From Acaryochloris marina S15 (lineage in GTDB: Bacteria; Cyanobacteriota; Cyanobacteriia; Thermosynechococcales; Thermosynechococcaceae): a DNA stretch of 32,000 nucleotides. The DNA is taken from the NCBI RefSeq assembly GCF_018336915.1, contig NZ_CP064923.1, forward strand, positions 1,320,001 through 1,352,000, written 5' to 3'. The notes under the pieces are model-generated. The model was not told the DNA's origin. It searched no databases and saw only the letters and a program-made list of their open reading frames with translations. The position numbers were made by a program, and so were the translations under genes. Shown here one piece after another: positions 8,612-17,436 of the stretch (its first letter is position 1; each line of letters begins with the position of its first letter).

Positions 8612-9346
8612 ATGGAGAAACGGATGCGAAAAACAGTATTAGGGGTAACTTTTATCCTGTTATCTATGGGGATAGCGAGTTGTGGGCTAGTTGGGGGTGA
8701 TGAGCCTGAAGCTGAACAGGCTTCCGAGACTCCCACCGAACAGTCTTTTCCCGATGCCTCACCCGAAATTCCCTCTCCCCCTGCAGCAAAGGTGGTCTTA
8801 ACTCGCCCCACCAATCCTGACGAACGGTTACGGGTAGTGAAGAGTGGTCGTGTTGATCCCTTCGCGGAAATTGTTCCAGCCGTTGTTCCAGAGAATTCTT
8901 CGCCTCGCACCGTTCCCTCCCAGGGACGGCCCCCCTCAACGGTGAATGTGCCGAAAACAACTGTGCCAGCAACTGCGCCGAAAGCAAGTTCTGCCCCCTC
9001 CGGAAAACCTTCTTCCCCTTCGACTAAACCGAGTACGACTCCTGGCAAAATTGTTTTGCCTACCTTACCCAAGCCAGAGGTTGCTCAAGGGGTAAAGGTA
9101 ACAGGAGTGATTAACTTGGGCGGTCGGCCTAAGGCGATTCTGAAGGCACCCGGTGAAAACTCAACTCGTACCGTGGGGGTGGGGGACCGCATCGCCAATG
9201 GCCAGGTGTTGGTTAAGTCCATTAATCTCAGTAATCCTGCAGCGCCTGTTGTTGTGCTTGAACAATCTGGCATGAAAGTTAGAGTCAGTGTTGGCCAAGA
9301 GCCCATTGCCTTAGCGTCTGCGGATAAAGATAAAGACAAAAAATAG
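8612..9346 (+). CDS. Pro/Ser/Thr-rich lipoprotein with a C-terminal beta-rich domain
   Basis: MEKRMRKTVLGVTFILLSMGIASCG is a signal peptide plus lipobox (IASC). A long P/S/T-rich linker follows, then VKVTGVINLGGRPKAILKAPGE..VGVGDRIANGQVLVKSINL..VVVLEQSGMKV, which is reminiscent of PilP / secretin-interacting domains. The track's TTG start at 8456 adds an implausible leader. Confidence 0.6.
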   Translation: MEKRMRKTVLGVTFILLSMGIASCGLVGGDEPEAEQASETPTEQSFPDASPEIPSPPAAKVVLTRPTNPDERLRVVKSGRVDPFAEIVPAVVPENSSPRTVPSQGRPPSTVNVPKTTVPATAPKASSAPSGKPSSPSTKPSTTPGKIVLPTLPKPEVAQGVKVTGVINLGGRPKAILKAPGENSTRTVGVGDRIANGQVLVKSINLSNPAAPVVVLEQSGMKVRVSVGQEPIALASADKDKDKK

Positions 9347-9478
9347 AGCCTCGCCTAGTAAAGTTTCCTGAGTAGGGACGCGTCATATTTTGCCCTCTCA
9401 CTATAGAATGGCAAGACAGTAGAGCCGGATCAATCATTTTGGATGATTTGATACTGTGCCTCTGCTGTCTTTCTGTAT

Positions 9479-11182
9479 ATGCGAGAGAAGCCCTTGTTGA
9501 CTCCTTCCAACTTTTTGACGCGTCTTGTACTGAAATCCCTCAACTATCTGGCTCAGAGATGGCGATGGCGAGGGGCAAGGTTCTATCTCAGTTTGTGCTG
9601 TTGTTGTCTATTGTTGATTGTGGGGTGCCAGCCGCGCAATTCGGGGCCGAGCCTGTCAACCTCTGGAGCTGAGACTCGCTTAGCAATTGGCACCACGGGT
9701 AAAGTTAGAACCTTAGATCCCGCTGATGCCTTAGAACTCTTTTCAGGTAATCTCCTCTACAACATGGGAGATCGGCTATACGCCTACAACAGCGGCACGA
9801 CAGAACTGGTGCCACAGCTGGCTACAGAGTTGCCTAAAACGAGTGAAGATGGTTTGGTGTATACCATCCCTTTGCGAACGGATGTCGTTTTTCACGATGA
9901 CACTCCCTTTGATGCCAAGGCGATGGAATTTTCCCTCAATCGCTTTATCAAAAATGGTGGACAGCCTGCCTTCTTATTGTCGGATGTCGTAGAGTCCGTG
10001 AAGGCCAAGTCAGCGACAGAGTTGGAGATTAAGCTGAAGAAACCGTTTGCAGCCTTTACAGACTTGTTGGCATTTTCGGGGCTAGTGGCCGTTTCGCCCA
10101 CCGCCTACGAAATTGGTCCTGGCAAGTTTAATCCTTCCACCTTTGTGGGGACTGGCCCTTATGAGCTGGTTGACAATGGCAGCGACTCTATCCGTTTAAA
10201 CCGCTTCGACAAATATTGGGGAGACAAGCCAGCCAACCCAGGAATTGACATTCAGAGTTTTACGAGCAGTGCCAACCTATACAACGCCTTTCGCACAGGA
10301 TCCGTGGATATTGCCTATCAATCTTTGAATCCTGAACAAATTGAGTTATTGACGAAAGCAGCTGATAAAGGGGACTGGCAAGCCATTACTGGGCCAGGTA
10401 GCAACATTACCTATGTCAGCCTGAATCTCCGGGACGAAACCTTGAAAAAACCAGAGGTTCGCCAAGCCTTAGCCCTAGCTATTAATCGGCAATTGATCCA
10501 GAACCGAGTGTTTGATGGTCAAGTTGACCCGCTTTATAGCTTGGTGCCTAGTATTTTTGATGTCAGCAAACCGGTATTTCAAAGTGATAGTGGTAATTCT
10601 GATGCCGCCAAGGCCAAAGAGCTGCTGACCCAGGCAGGATACACCACTGAAAAGCCCCTGGAAGTGGAGTTTTGGTATCGTTCTAATGTCCCCAGTGATG
10701 GCCCTGCAGCTACGACGATCAAAGCTTATATTGAGCAAGAGCTGAAAGATTTAGCCAAGGTAGAACTGAAAAGTATTGAATCAGCAACAGCCTATAACAA
10801 TTTGGATAAAGGTACCTATCCGATGTTTATGCTGGACTGGAGTGGCGATTACTATGATCCCGATACCTATATCCATCCTTTCTTAGACTGTTCAGAAGGA
10901 AATGCTGAGGAAGGCTGTAAAGAAGGCGCTACCGTTGGACAAGGATCGTTTTACTACAGTGAAAAAATGAATCAGCTGATCGATCAGCAGCGCCAAGAAC
11001 AAGACCCGAGCAAGCGCCAGAAAACCTTTGAAGCGATTCAAGATCTGCTTGCCCAGGATGTTCCCTTTATTCCCCTCTGGCAACGCAAAGAATATGCTTT
11101 TGCCCGGCCTGATATTCAAGGTGTGCGCCTTGAACCGACCCAAGCTATGCCTTTTGCATCTCTCAGTCGTTCCTCTACATAG
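9479..11182 (+). CDS. ABC transporter substrate-binding protein, family 5 (peptide/nickel/opine type), lipoprotein
   Basis: 567 aa with a signal peptide and lipobox (LLLIVGCQ). Typical SBP_bac_5 blocks are present (TLDPA.., YTIPLRTDVVFHDDTPFDAKAMEFSL, NRFDKYWGDKP, NITYVSLNL). Confidence 0.85.
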   Translation: MREKPLLTPSNFLTRLVLKSLNYLAQRWRWRGARFYLSLCCCCLLLIVGCQPRNSGPSLSTSGAETRLAIGTTGKVRTLDPADALELFSGNLLYNMGDRLYAYNSGTTELVPQLATELPKTSEDGLVYTIPLRTDVVFHDDTPFDAKAMEFSLNRFIKNGGQPAFLLSDVVESVKAKSATELEIKLKKPFAAFTDLLAFSGLVAVSPTAYEIGPGKFNPSTFVGTGPYELVDNGSDSIRLNRFDKYWGDKPANPGIDIQSFTSSANLYNAFRTGSVDIAYQSLNPEQIELLTKAADKGDWQAITGPGSNITYVSLNLRDETLKKPEVRQALALAINRQLIQNRVFDGQVDPLYSLVPSIFDVSKPVFQSDSGNSDAAKAKELLTQAGYTTEKPLEVEFWYRSNVPSDGPAATTIKAYIEQELKDLAKVELKSIESATAYNNLDKGTYPMFMLDWSGDYYDPDTYIHPFLDCSEGNAEEGCKEGATVGQGSFYYSEKMNQLIDQQRQEQDPSKRQKTFEAIQDLLAQDVPFIPLWQRKEYAFARPDIQGVRLEPTQAMPFASLSRSST

Positions 11183-11191
11183 GACGTTATT

Positions 11192-12217
11192 ATGTCTCGT
11201 TCTCGAGCCCTTCAGTCTTATGTAGTGGCCCGCTTATTGCTGGCCCCTTTGATGTTGTGGACCGTAACCACTGTCGTGTTTTTGTTGCTACGAGCAACAC
11301 CGGGGGATCCGGTAGATGCCATCTTAGGGCCAAAAGCGCCGGCGGCTCAAAAACTAGCGCTGCGATCGCAAATGGGATTAGATCAACCCCTATGGCAGCA
11401 ATATACCCATTACATGGGAGATCTATTGCAATTTGATCTAGGCACCTCCCTGACCAGCCGGGGTCAATCCGTTTGGGATATTATTCAGCAGTTTTTCCCT
11501 GCCACTTTGGAGCTGGCATTTTGCAGCATGATTGTGGCTTTGATGATTGGTGTCAGTGCTGGGATCCTTTCAGCATCCAGGCCTGGAACGGTGTTTGACC
11601 TGGGGGGGAGACTCTTTGGCATTATTACCTATGCGTTACCGATGTTTTGGGTGGGGATGTTGCTGAAGCTTTTTTTTGCGGTTCAATTGGGCTGGTTCCC
11701 GGATGGCACTCGGTTCCCGACACGAGTATTACCCCCCCAAGGCCCCACCGGCTTATATCTGATTGATAGTGTCCTTGCAGGAGACCTGCATGCTCTGGGC
11801 TTAACGCTCTACCATTTAGCGTTACCGAGTATCACATTAGGACTGGTTCTCAGCGGTATTTTTGAGCGAATTGTCCGGGTCAATCTAAAGCAAACGTTAC
11901 AAGCGGACTATGTGGAGGCTGCTCGGGCCCGAGGGATTCCTGAAGGACGGATTCTAGTGGTTCACGCTCTCCGTAATGCCCTGATTCCAGTCATTACCGT
12001 TTTGGGACTTACCTTTGCAGCTATGTTGGGTGGTGCAGTGCTCACTGAGGTCACGTTCTCTTGGCCGGGGCTAGGAAATCGCCTTTATGATGCAATTTCA
12101 CTTCGCGACTATTTTACGGTTCAAGGCATCATTGTCTTTGTCTCCGTCATTATTGTCATGGCTAGCATCGTGATTGATATCGTCAATGCCTACGTTGATC
12201 CAAGAATTCGATATTAG
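11192..12217 (+). CDS. ABC transporter permease (DppB/OppB-like, BPD_transp_1)
   Basis: 341 aa starting 10 nt after the SBP stop. Motifs include LLRATPGDPV near the N-terminus and an EAA-like loop (YVEAARARGIPEGRILVVHALRNALIPVITV), with multiple TM segments. Confidence 0.9.
   Translation: MSRSRALQSYVVARLLLAPLMLWTVTTVVFLLLRATPGDPVDAILGPKAPAAQKLALRSQMGLDQPLWQQYTHYMGDLLQFDLGTSLTSRGQSVWDIIQQFFPATLELAFCSMIVALMIGVSAGILSASRPGTVFDLGGRLFGIITYALPMFWVGMLLKLFFAVQLGWFPDGTRFPTRVLPPQGPTGLYLIDSVLAGDLHALGLTLYHLALPSITLGLVLSGIFERIVRVNLKQTLQADYVEAARARGIPEGRILVVHALRNALIPVITVLGLTFAAMLGGAVLTEVTFSWPGLGNRLYDAISLRDYFTVQGIIVFVSVIIVMASIVIDIVNAYVDPRIRY
11362..11369. repeat. HIP1 octamer GCGATCGC
   Basis: Exact octamer read at these coordinates. 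Confidence 0.95.
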
Positions 12218-12319
12218 GGTTACGGTTGGTTGTCGGTAATCCCTCTGTTGGGGCGAACCCTTGACTAGAGAGAAGGATTAAACTTAAAACAAAGCAAGAT
12301 TTGGGGCAGAGGATTGCCG

Positions 12320-12406
12320 ATGACTGTCAGAATAATTCTGGTTGTCTTACCGATTATCGGGTCAGTCCTATTCTCTACGGTACGTCTCAAGATTGCGTTA
12401 ATGTAA
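12320..12406 (+). CDS. Candidate 28-codon hydrophobic small ORF (MTVRIILVVLPIIGSVLFSTVRLKIALM)
   Basis: ATG at 12320 is preceded by AGAGGA (12308-12313) at 6-nt spacing. It has one predicted TM helix and a TAA stop at 12404-12406, 8-17 nt before the DUF1517 start. It is below the ORF-track size cut-off and I recognise no family. Confidence 0.25.
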   Translation: MTVRIILVVLPIIGSVLFSTVRLKIALM

Positions 12407-12422
12407 GCCCTCAGTGCGAAAG

Positions 12423-13403
12423 ATGAATAAAAAACGTTCCATTTATAAAGCTTTTTCCCGCCTCCTCGTTGCGATCTCGCTTGTTGGTGTCTTAGTCTTC
12501 AGCAATGCCGATGCTGCCTTAGCGGCCCGTACGGGTGGTCGGATTAGCGGAGGAAGCTTCCGTCGTTCTGTGCCTTCTCGCTCCTATCGAAGCAGCCCTT
12601 CCCGTAGCTATTCGGGTGGCTATTCTCGAGGCGGTTACGCTCGGGGTGGCTATCGGGGTGGATTTGGCTTTCCTTTTCTCATCCCATTCTTTGGGTTTGG
12701 AGGGGGTGGGTTATTTTCCATTCTGATCCTGATTGCTGTTGCTAACTTCTTGGTGTCTAGCTTCCGTAATATAGCTGGAGATGGAGAGGGCCTTAACTTG
12801 GGGGGCAGCAGTTATGATCAGAACTCTGCAAATCCCGCTGTTACGGTTAACAAAATTCAGGTTGGTTTATTAGCCGAAGCCCGTGGACTGAAAGCTGATC
12901 TTGATCGGATTGCTCAAACTGGCAATACTGCATCCAGTACAGGTCTCGCTAAGGTGTTGCAAGAAACAAATTTAGCACTGTTACGCCACCCCGAATATTG
13001 GGTTTATGCCAGTGCTGAATCTGAACAAACCCGTCTTGTTTCTGCTGAGGCTAAATTCAACCATTTAGCGTTAACCGAGCGGAGTAAGTTTCAAGCGGAA
13101 ACCCTGTCGAATGTGAAACAGCAGATCCAAGACAACAATGGAACATTAACGAAGACGGCGGATGCTCTAACTCAAGCGCCTGGTGAATATATTGTCGTCA
13201 CGTTGGTGGTGGCTGCCCAGGGTAAGCAAAAGCTCCCAGATATTAAATCGGATCAGGATCTTCGCCAAGCCCTCAATCAAGTCGGCTCTGTTTCTAGCGA
13301 CCAGCTATTAGCCTTAGAAGTGTTATGGACCCCCCAAGCGGAGTCCGATACCCTCAGTGCGGATGATTTAGTTGCGGCTTATCCCCACCTAAAAATCATT
13401 TAA
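12423..13403 (+). CDS. DUF1517-family membrane protein
   Basis: Signal/TM segment (LLVAISLVGVLVFSNADAALA), a Gly/Arg/Ser/Tyr low-complexity box (SRSYRSSPSRSYSGGYSRGGYARGGYRGGFGFPF), a TM segment, then a soluble C-terminal domain. This architecture is typical of cyanobacterial/plastid DUF1517. ATG at 12423; the track uses GTG at 12414. Confidence 0.7.
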   Translation: MNKKRSIYKAFSRLLVAISLVGVLVFSNADAALAARTGGRISGGSFRRSVPSRSYRSSPSRSYSGGYSRGGYARGGYRGGFGFPFLIPFFGFGGGGLFSILILIAVANFLVSSFRNIAGDGEGLNLGGSSYDQNSANPAVTVNKIQVGLLAEARGLKADLDRIAQTGNTASSTGLAKVLQETNLALLRHPEYWVYASAESEQTRLVSAEAKFNHLALTERSKFQAETLSNVKQQIQDNNGTLTKTADALTQAPGEYIVVTLVVAAQGKQKLPDIKSDQDLRQALNQVGSVSSDQLLALEVLWTPQAESDTLSADDLVAAYPHLKII

Positions 13404-13439
13404 GAGTTTAGCGCTTTAACGATACAGCACCTATATCTT

Positions 13440-14516
13440 TCATGGAGACGCTTCGATCTGCTCAAGAATGAGCTGGGCGAAGCGCTCTGTGCTGTTTGGG
13501 ACTGCTAGGCTGTAGGCTTTTGCTGCCATTTCTTCTAAGATCTGGGGCTCCTGTATCCATTTGAGCACCGTCTGTTTTAGTTGTTCTTCGGTGAGTTCAT
13601 CTTGGCGATACATCTGGGCTGCCCCCGCTTTGACAAAGGCGGCAGCATTGAAGGCTTGATGGTCTTCGGCTGCATAGGGATAGGGGATTAAGAGGGCAGG
13701 CGTGGATGCGATCGCAAGTTCGCTTAAGGTCCCTGCACCCGCCCGACTAATGGCTAAATTAGCCCGCTGCAGTAAACCGGCCATATTGTCGTAAAACGGC
13801 ATTGATAGATAGTGGGGATGCTGAAAAGATTGCGTCTCAGGATCTTGAGTTCCGGTTAAATGAACGATCCAAGCCCCGTTTCCTAACCAAGCTGGCGCAC
13901 AGGCTCGAACCAATTGGTTGACTGAGACGGCACCTTGACTGCCGCCCGCCACCACTATGAGTGTGGCCTCCTGCGGAATCGGTAAATCGAGTTCACAAGG
14001 GGTAAGAAAAGCTGGGCGAACAGGAGTGCCCACAACGACGGTTTTGGCTTTAGGTAAGTATTTTGTGGCATCCTCTAACCCCAACCCCACGCCAGTACAG
14101 ATCCCACTGAGCCATCGCGTCACTTTTCCCGGAATCGCATTCGATTCATGGATCACTCGTGGCAGCCCCAAGGACCAAGCCGCCAAAATTGCAGGGGCGG
14201 CGATATAGCCTCCTGTGGTGAGCACGCCTTGAAATTGGCCTTGCTTTAGCAATTGACGGGTTTGCCAAACTGCCACGGCTAATTTCCCCAGGAGAATGGG
14301 CGTCTTTGGGCCTATCCGAGTTTGTAAGCCTTCGATGGAGACTGTACGTAACGGATATTTTTTGGGAACTAGCTGGGTCTCTAATCGATTGCTCACCCCT
14401 AGCCATTCCAGTTGAAACTGTTCTGCTTCGAGAACTTCGGCAACTGCCAGTGCGGGGAATAAATGTCCGCCTGTGCCGCTAGCCGCGATTAGGAACCGCT
14501 TGGGCTGTTCTGTCAT
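13440..14516 (-). CDS. murG: UDP-N-acetylglucosamine--N-acetylmuramyl-(pentapeptide) pyrophosphoryl-undecaprenol GlcNAc transferase
   Basis: FLIAASGTGGHLFPALAVAE near the N-terminus, plus GGSQGA and the SRAGAGTLSELA motifs of MurG. ATG at 14516; an in-frame GTG at 14540 is used in the track. Confidence 0.9.
   Translation of the reverse strand: MTEQPKRFLIAASGTGGHLFPALAVAEVLEAEQFQLEWLGVSNRLETQLVPKKYPLRTVSIEGLQTRIGPKTPILLGKLAVAVWQTRQLLKQGQFQGVLTTGGYIAAPAILAAWSLGLPRVIHESNAIPGKVTRWLSGICTGVGLGLEDATKYLPKAKTVVVGTPVRPAFLTPCELDLPIPQEATLIVVAGGSQGAVSVNQLVRACAPAWLGNGAWIVHLTGTQDPETQSFQHPHYLSMPFYDNMAGLLQRANLAISRAGAGTLSELAIASTPALLIPYPYAAEDHQAFNAAAFVKAGAAQMYRQDELTEEQLKQTVLKWIQEPQILEEMAAKAYSLAVPNSTERFAQLILEQIEASP
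13708..13715. repeat. HIP1 octamer GCGATCGC
   Basis: Exact octamer read at these coordinates. Confidence 0.95.
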
Positions 14517-14738
14517 GGCAACCGATTCGGAATTGCTCACTGTTGCTATCCTTGTAGGTGGAAGTTGAGAATTCTAGCGTTTTCGCCTTCTATAGGAAAG
14601 TTAATCTAGAATTGAGATGCTCCTTTCAGGGAAACGTGGCAAAGCTAATCACTCAACAGTGATGCTTCTTCTCCTAGAAGTTCAGGGGACCCTATCTGAA
14701 AGAGTGAATTGGTTCTTGTCATTACATACCACCATTCC

Positions 14739-15641
14739 ATGTACAACTCTATCCGCATTTTGCAATCCGTTGTTCCCCAGACTGGCCGCCAACTCAATAG
14801 GGTCCGCCATTCTTTCAGCCAGCTGGGGGTTGGATTGTCCGCTGCCTGTCTATGCTCTTTAGGAATGGGAATGTTACCTCAGCTTGCATATGCTGAAAGC
14901 GTGGCCCCAGAAACGACTCAGGTAGATACGGATGCTCCACCTGCCTTGACCGAGCAGCTCGCTCAAGTTGATATGGCTGCGAACCAACAAGATCTCTCTA
15001 AATTGCTGGGCTTTTATAGTTCTAATTTTACAAGTGGCGATGGCCTGAATCGGAAAACCCTAAAGCAGGTGGTCGCCACATTTTGGGAAGATTACCAGGA
15101 TTTATCTTATAAGACTGAATTAGTGGCTTGGGAGAAAAGCGCCCAAGGCTATACTGTTGAGACCAAAACCACCATCACGGGGACTCAAACCCTTGATCAA
15201 GGTCCTGTGAAATTGCACTCCACACTTCACTCTCGTCAGCAGTGGGTAGGTCAACAGATTGCCAAGCAAGAAATTTTGGCTGAACAGAGCAAGCTCACTT
15301 CAGGCCGGAAACCCCCTAAAGTGCAGGTGAACCTTCCTCAGGAAGTGGGAGTTGGCGAAAAGTTTGAATTTGATGTGATTGTAGATGAGCCTCTGGGAGA
15401 TAACCCATTATTGGGATTAGCCCTGGAAGAATCGATCACTATGGAAAACTATCTGAAACAGCCCGAGCTTAAGCTAGAGCTGTTACCCGCTGGTGGTTTA
15501 TTTAAGGTCGGTACAGCTGGAAATAAACCCATGAGCGAGTGGATTTCTGCCATTTTGGTGCAAGATGGTGGCATGACGATTATCAGTCAGCGACTGAACG
15601 TCGTTCCGAAAAAAAAATCGGCCGAACAGTCACGCAAGTAA
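14739..15641 (+). CDS. Exported hypothetical protein with an NTF2/SnoaL-like N-terminal half
   Basis: Signal peptide ending AYA/ES (LSAACLCSLGMGMLPQLAYAES). The segment DLSKLLGFYSSNFTSGDGLNRKTLKQVVATFWEDYQDLSY..WEKSAQGYTVETKTTITG looks NTF2-like. ATG at 14739 (the track uses TTG at 14709). It ends 12 nt before minC. Confidence 0.55.
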   Translation: MYNSIRILQSVVPQTGRQLNRVRHSFSQLGVGLSAACLCSLGMGMLPQLAYAESVAPETTQVDTDAPPALTEQLAQVDMAANQQDLSKLLGFYSSNFTSGDGLNRKTLKQVVATFWEDYQDLSYKTELVAWEKSAQGYTVETKTTITGTQTLDQGPVKLHSTLHSRQQWVGQQIAKQEILAEQSKLTSGRKPPKVQVNLPQEVGVGEKFEFDVIVDEPLGDNPLLGLALEESITMENYLKQPELKLELLPAGGLFKVGTAGNKPMSEWISAILVQDGGMTIISQRLNVVPKKKSAEQSRK

Positions 15642-15653
15642 AAAAGGGCGTTT

Positions 15654-16469
15654 ATGGAACCAGAACGGCTTAGGGCTTCACTTGCCTCTACTTCTCCTCC
15701 TAGCAGCGAATCAGAATCAGAGACGGAGTCGCCTCGGGTTGCCGAAGTCCAACTCCATCTGGAAGCTGACGATGGTAAGTTATTGCTCTACCTACCGGCT
15801 CCCAGTGAAACCACCTTGGAATGGGCAGATTTACTAAAAGAAGTTAAAAAGCAGTTGGAAGCCGGAACGCGATTTTGGCCTCCGAATACTCTAGTGGAAC
15901 TGGTCACCGGCGATCGCCTACTCGATCATCGACAATTGCAGACGATCGTCAATGCCTTATCTGCCGTCAAGCTACATTTAACCCGCATTCATACCAAACG
16001 TCGGCAAACGGCTGTCGCAGCTGCGACCTCGGGCTATTCCATTGAACAGCAAGCTCATATCTTGCCAATGGCTCAGTCCACCATTGCGCAGTTCACGTTA
16101 GATGATGACCAAAAAGATGCGGCACCGCTTTATTTACAAAAAACCCTGCGATCGGGAGCCGAAATTCGTCATCCTGGAACCGTTGTGATTATGGGAGACT
16201 TAAATCCTGGTAGCTCGATTGTTGCGGATGGTGACATTTTAGTCTGGGGGCGTTTGCGGGGCATTACCCATGCAGGGGCCAGTGGCAACGAACAAAGTCA
16301 AATCATGGCTCTCCAGATGGAGCCCACTCAATTGCGGATTGCAGATTGGGTGGCTCGGGCACCGGAATCACCCCCCGATCAGTTTTATCCAGAGGTGGCC
16401 TATATTGCTAGTGATGGGATCCAAATTGCCCGGGCTGCTGACTTTAGCAAAAATATGATCCAACCCTAG
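15654..16469 (+). CDS. minC: Septum site-determining protein MinC
   Basis: C-terminal beta-helix signature (LRSGAEIRHPGTVVIMGDLNPGSSIVADGDILVWGRLRGITHAG...QLRIADWVA), with minD and minE immediately downstream. Confidence 0.85.
   Translation: MEPERLRASLASTSPPSSESESETESPRVAEVQLHLEADDGKLLLYLPAPSETTLEWADLLKEVKKQLEAGTRFWPPNTLVELVTGDRLLDHRQLQTIVNALSAVKLHLTRIHTKRRQTAVAAATSGYSIEQQAHILPMAQSTIAQFTLDDDQKDAAPLYLQKTLRSGAEIRHPGTVVIMGDLNPGSSIVADGDILVWGRLRGITHAGASGNEQSQIMALQMEPTQLRIADWVARAPESPPDQFYPEVAYIASDGIQIARAADFSKNMIQP
15910..15917. repeat. HIP1 octamer GCGATCGC
   Basis: Exact octamer read at these coordinates. Confidence 0.95.
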
Positions 16470-16544
16470 CGAAATCGCGAAATTGATATACACTATTAAT
16501 CATTTGTTTGGCTGAGTTGACAAAGTTGTAACGCTCTCTGTTAT

Positions 16545-17342
16545 ATGGGTCGAATTATAGTTATTACCTCTGGCAAAGGTGGGGTGGGTAAAACCACCTG
16601 TTCAGCCAATTTAGGAATGGCATTAGCAAAGCTAAACCATTCAGTCGCGCTCATTGACGCTGACTTCGGATTGCGCAATCTTGATTTGTTGCTGGGTCTA
16701 GAAAACCGTGTGGTTTATACGGCCCTAGAGGTCTTGGCTGGGCAATGCCGCTTAGAACAAGCCCTGGTTAAAGATAAACGTCTGCATGATTTGGTGCTTC
16801 TACCCGCAGCCCAAAATCGCAACAAAGACGCCGTAACGCCAGAGCAGATGAAGCAGCTCGCTTATGCTTTGACGAAAAAGTACGATTTTGTCTTGATCGA
16901 CTGCCCGGCGGGGATTGAGATGGGGTTTCAGAATGCGATCGCAGCTGCAGACGAAGCCTTAATTGTGACGACTCCCGAAATTTCCGCTGTTCGAGATGCG
17001 GATCGCGTAGTGGGGTTACTTGAAGCGCACCATGTTAAAACCATCAATCTAATCGTGAATCGCATCCGCCCAGCGATGGTCCAGGCCAATGACATGATGT
17101 CGGTCCAGGATGTCCAAGAAATCCTGGCCATTCCTCTGATTGGCATGATTCCCGACGATGAACAGGTGATTGTCGCGACCAACCGTGGGGAACCCTTAGT
17201 ACTATCAGAGAACTTTTCTCTTAGCGGTATGGCTCTGCAAAATATTGCCCAGCGGATTGAAGGAAAGGACATCGATTTCCTAGATCTCAATGCCCCCTAC
17301 GATACGCTGTTCTCTCGGGTTCGACGTTTCTTTAAACGGTAG
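16545..17342 (+). CDS. minD: Septum site-determining ATPase MinD
   Basis: MGRIIVITSGKGGVGKTT deviant Walker A, DADFGLRNLDLLLGLE, and FVLIDCPAGIE. Confidence 0.95.
   Translation: MGRIIVITSGKGGVGKTTCSANLGMALAKLNHSVALIDADFGLRNLDLLLGLENRVVYTALEVLAGQCRLEQALVKDKRLHDLVLLPAAQNRNKDAVTPEQMKQLAYALTKKYDFVLIDCPAGIEMGFQNAIAAADEALIVTTPEISAVRDADRVVGLLEAHHVKTINLIVNRIRPAMVQANDMMSVQDVQEILAIPLIGMIPDDEQVIVATNRGEPLVLSENFSLSGMALQNIAQRIEGKDIDFLDLNAPYDTLFSRVRRFFKR
16935..16942. repeat. HIP1 octamer GCGATCGC
   Basis: Exact octamer read at these coordinates. Confidence 0.95.
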
Positions 17343-17436
17343 TTATTTGCATATCCTCCAGCACATCAGCCAACCTACACGTCATACTGTAGCCATTAAC
17401 TCTAACTGTGGACGTTCACGCTTACGTTGAAATTCT

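Noticed and set aside
16517-16546. Sigma-70-like promoter TTGACA-N18-TTATAT just upstream of minD.
   Set aside because: The -10 element overlaps the minD ATG (16545), so a transcript from it would start inside the gene and lack the conserved MGRIIVITSGKGGVGKT N-terminus. It is probably fortuitous, and minD is more likely transcribed with minC.
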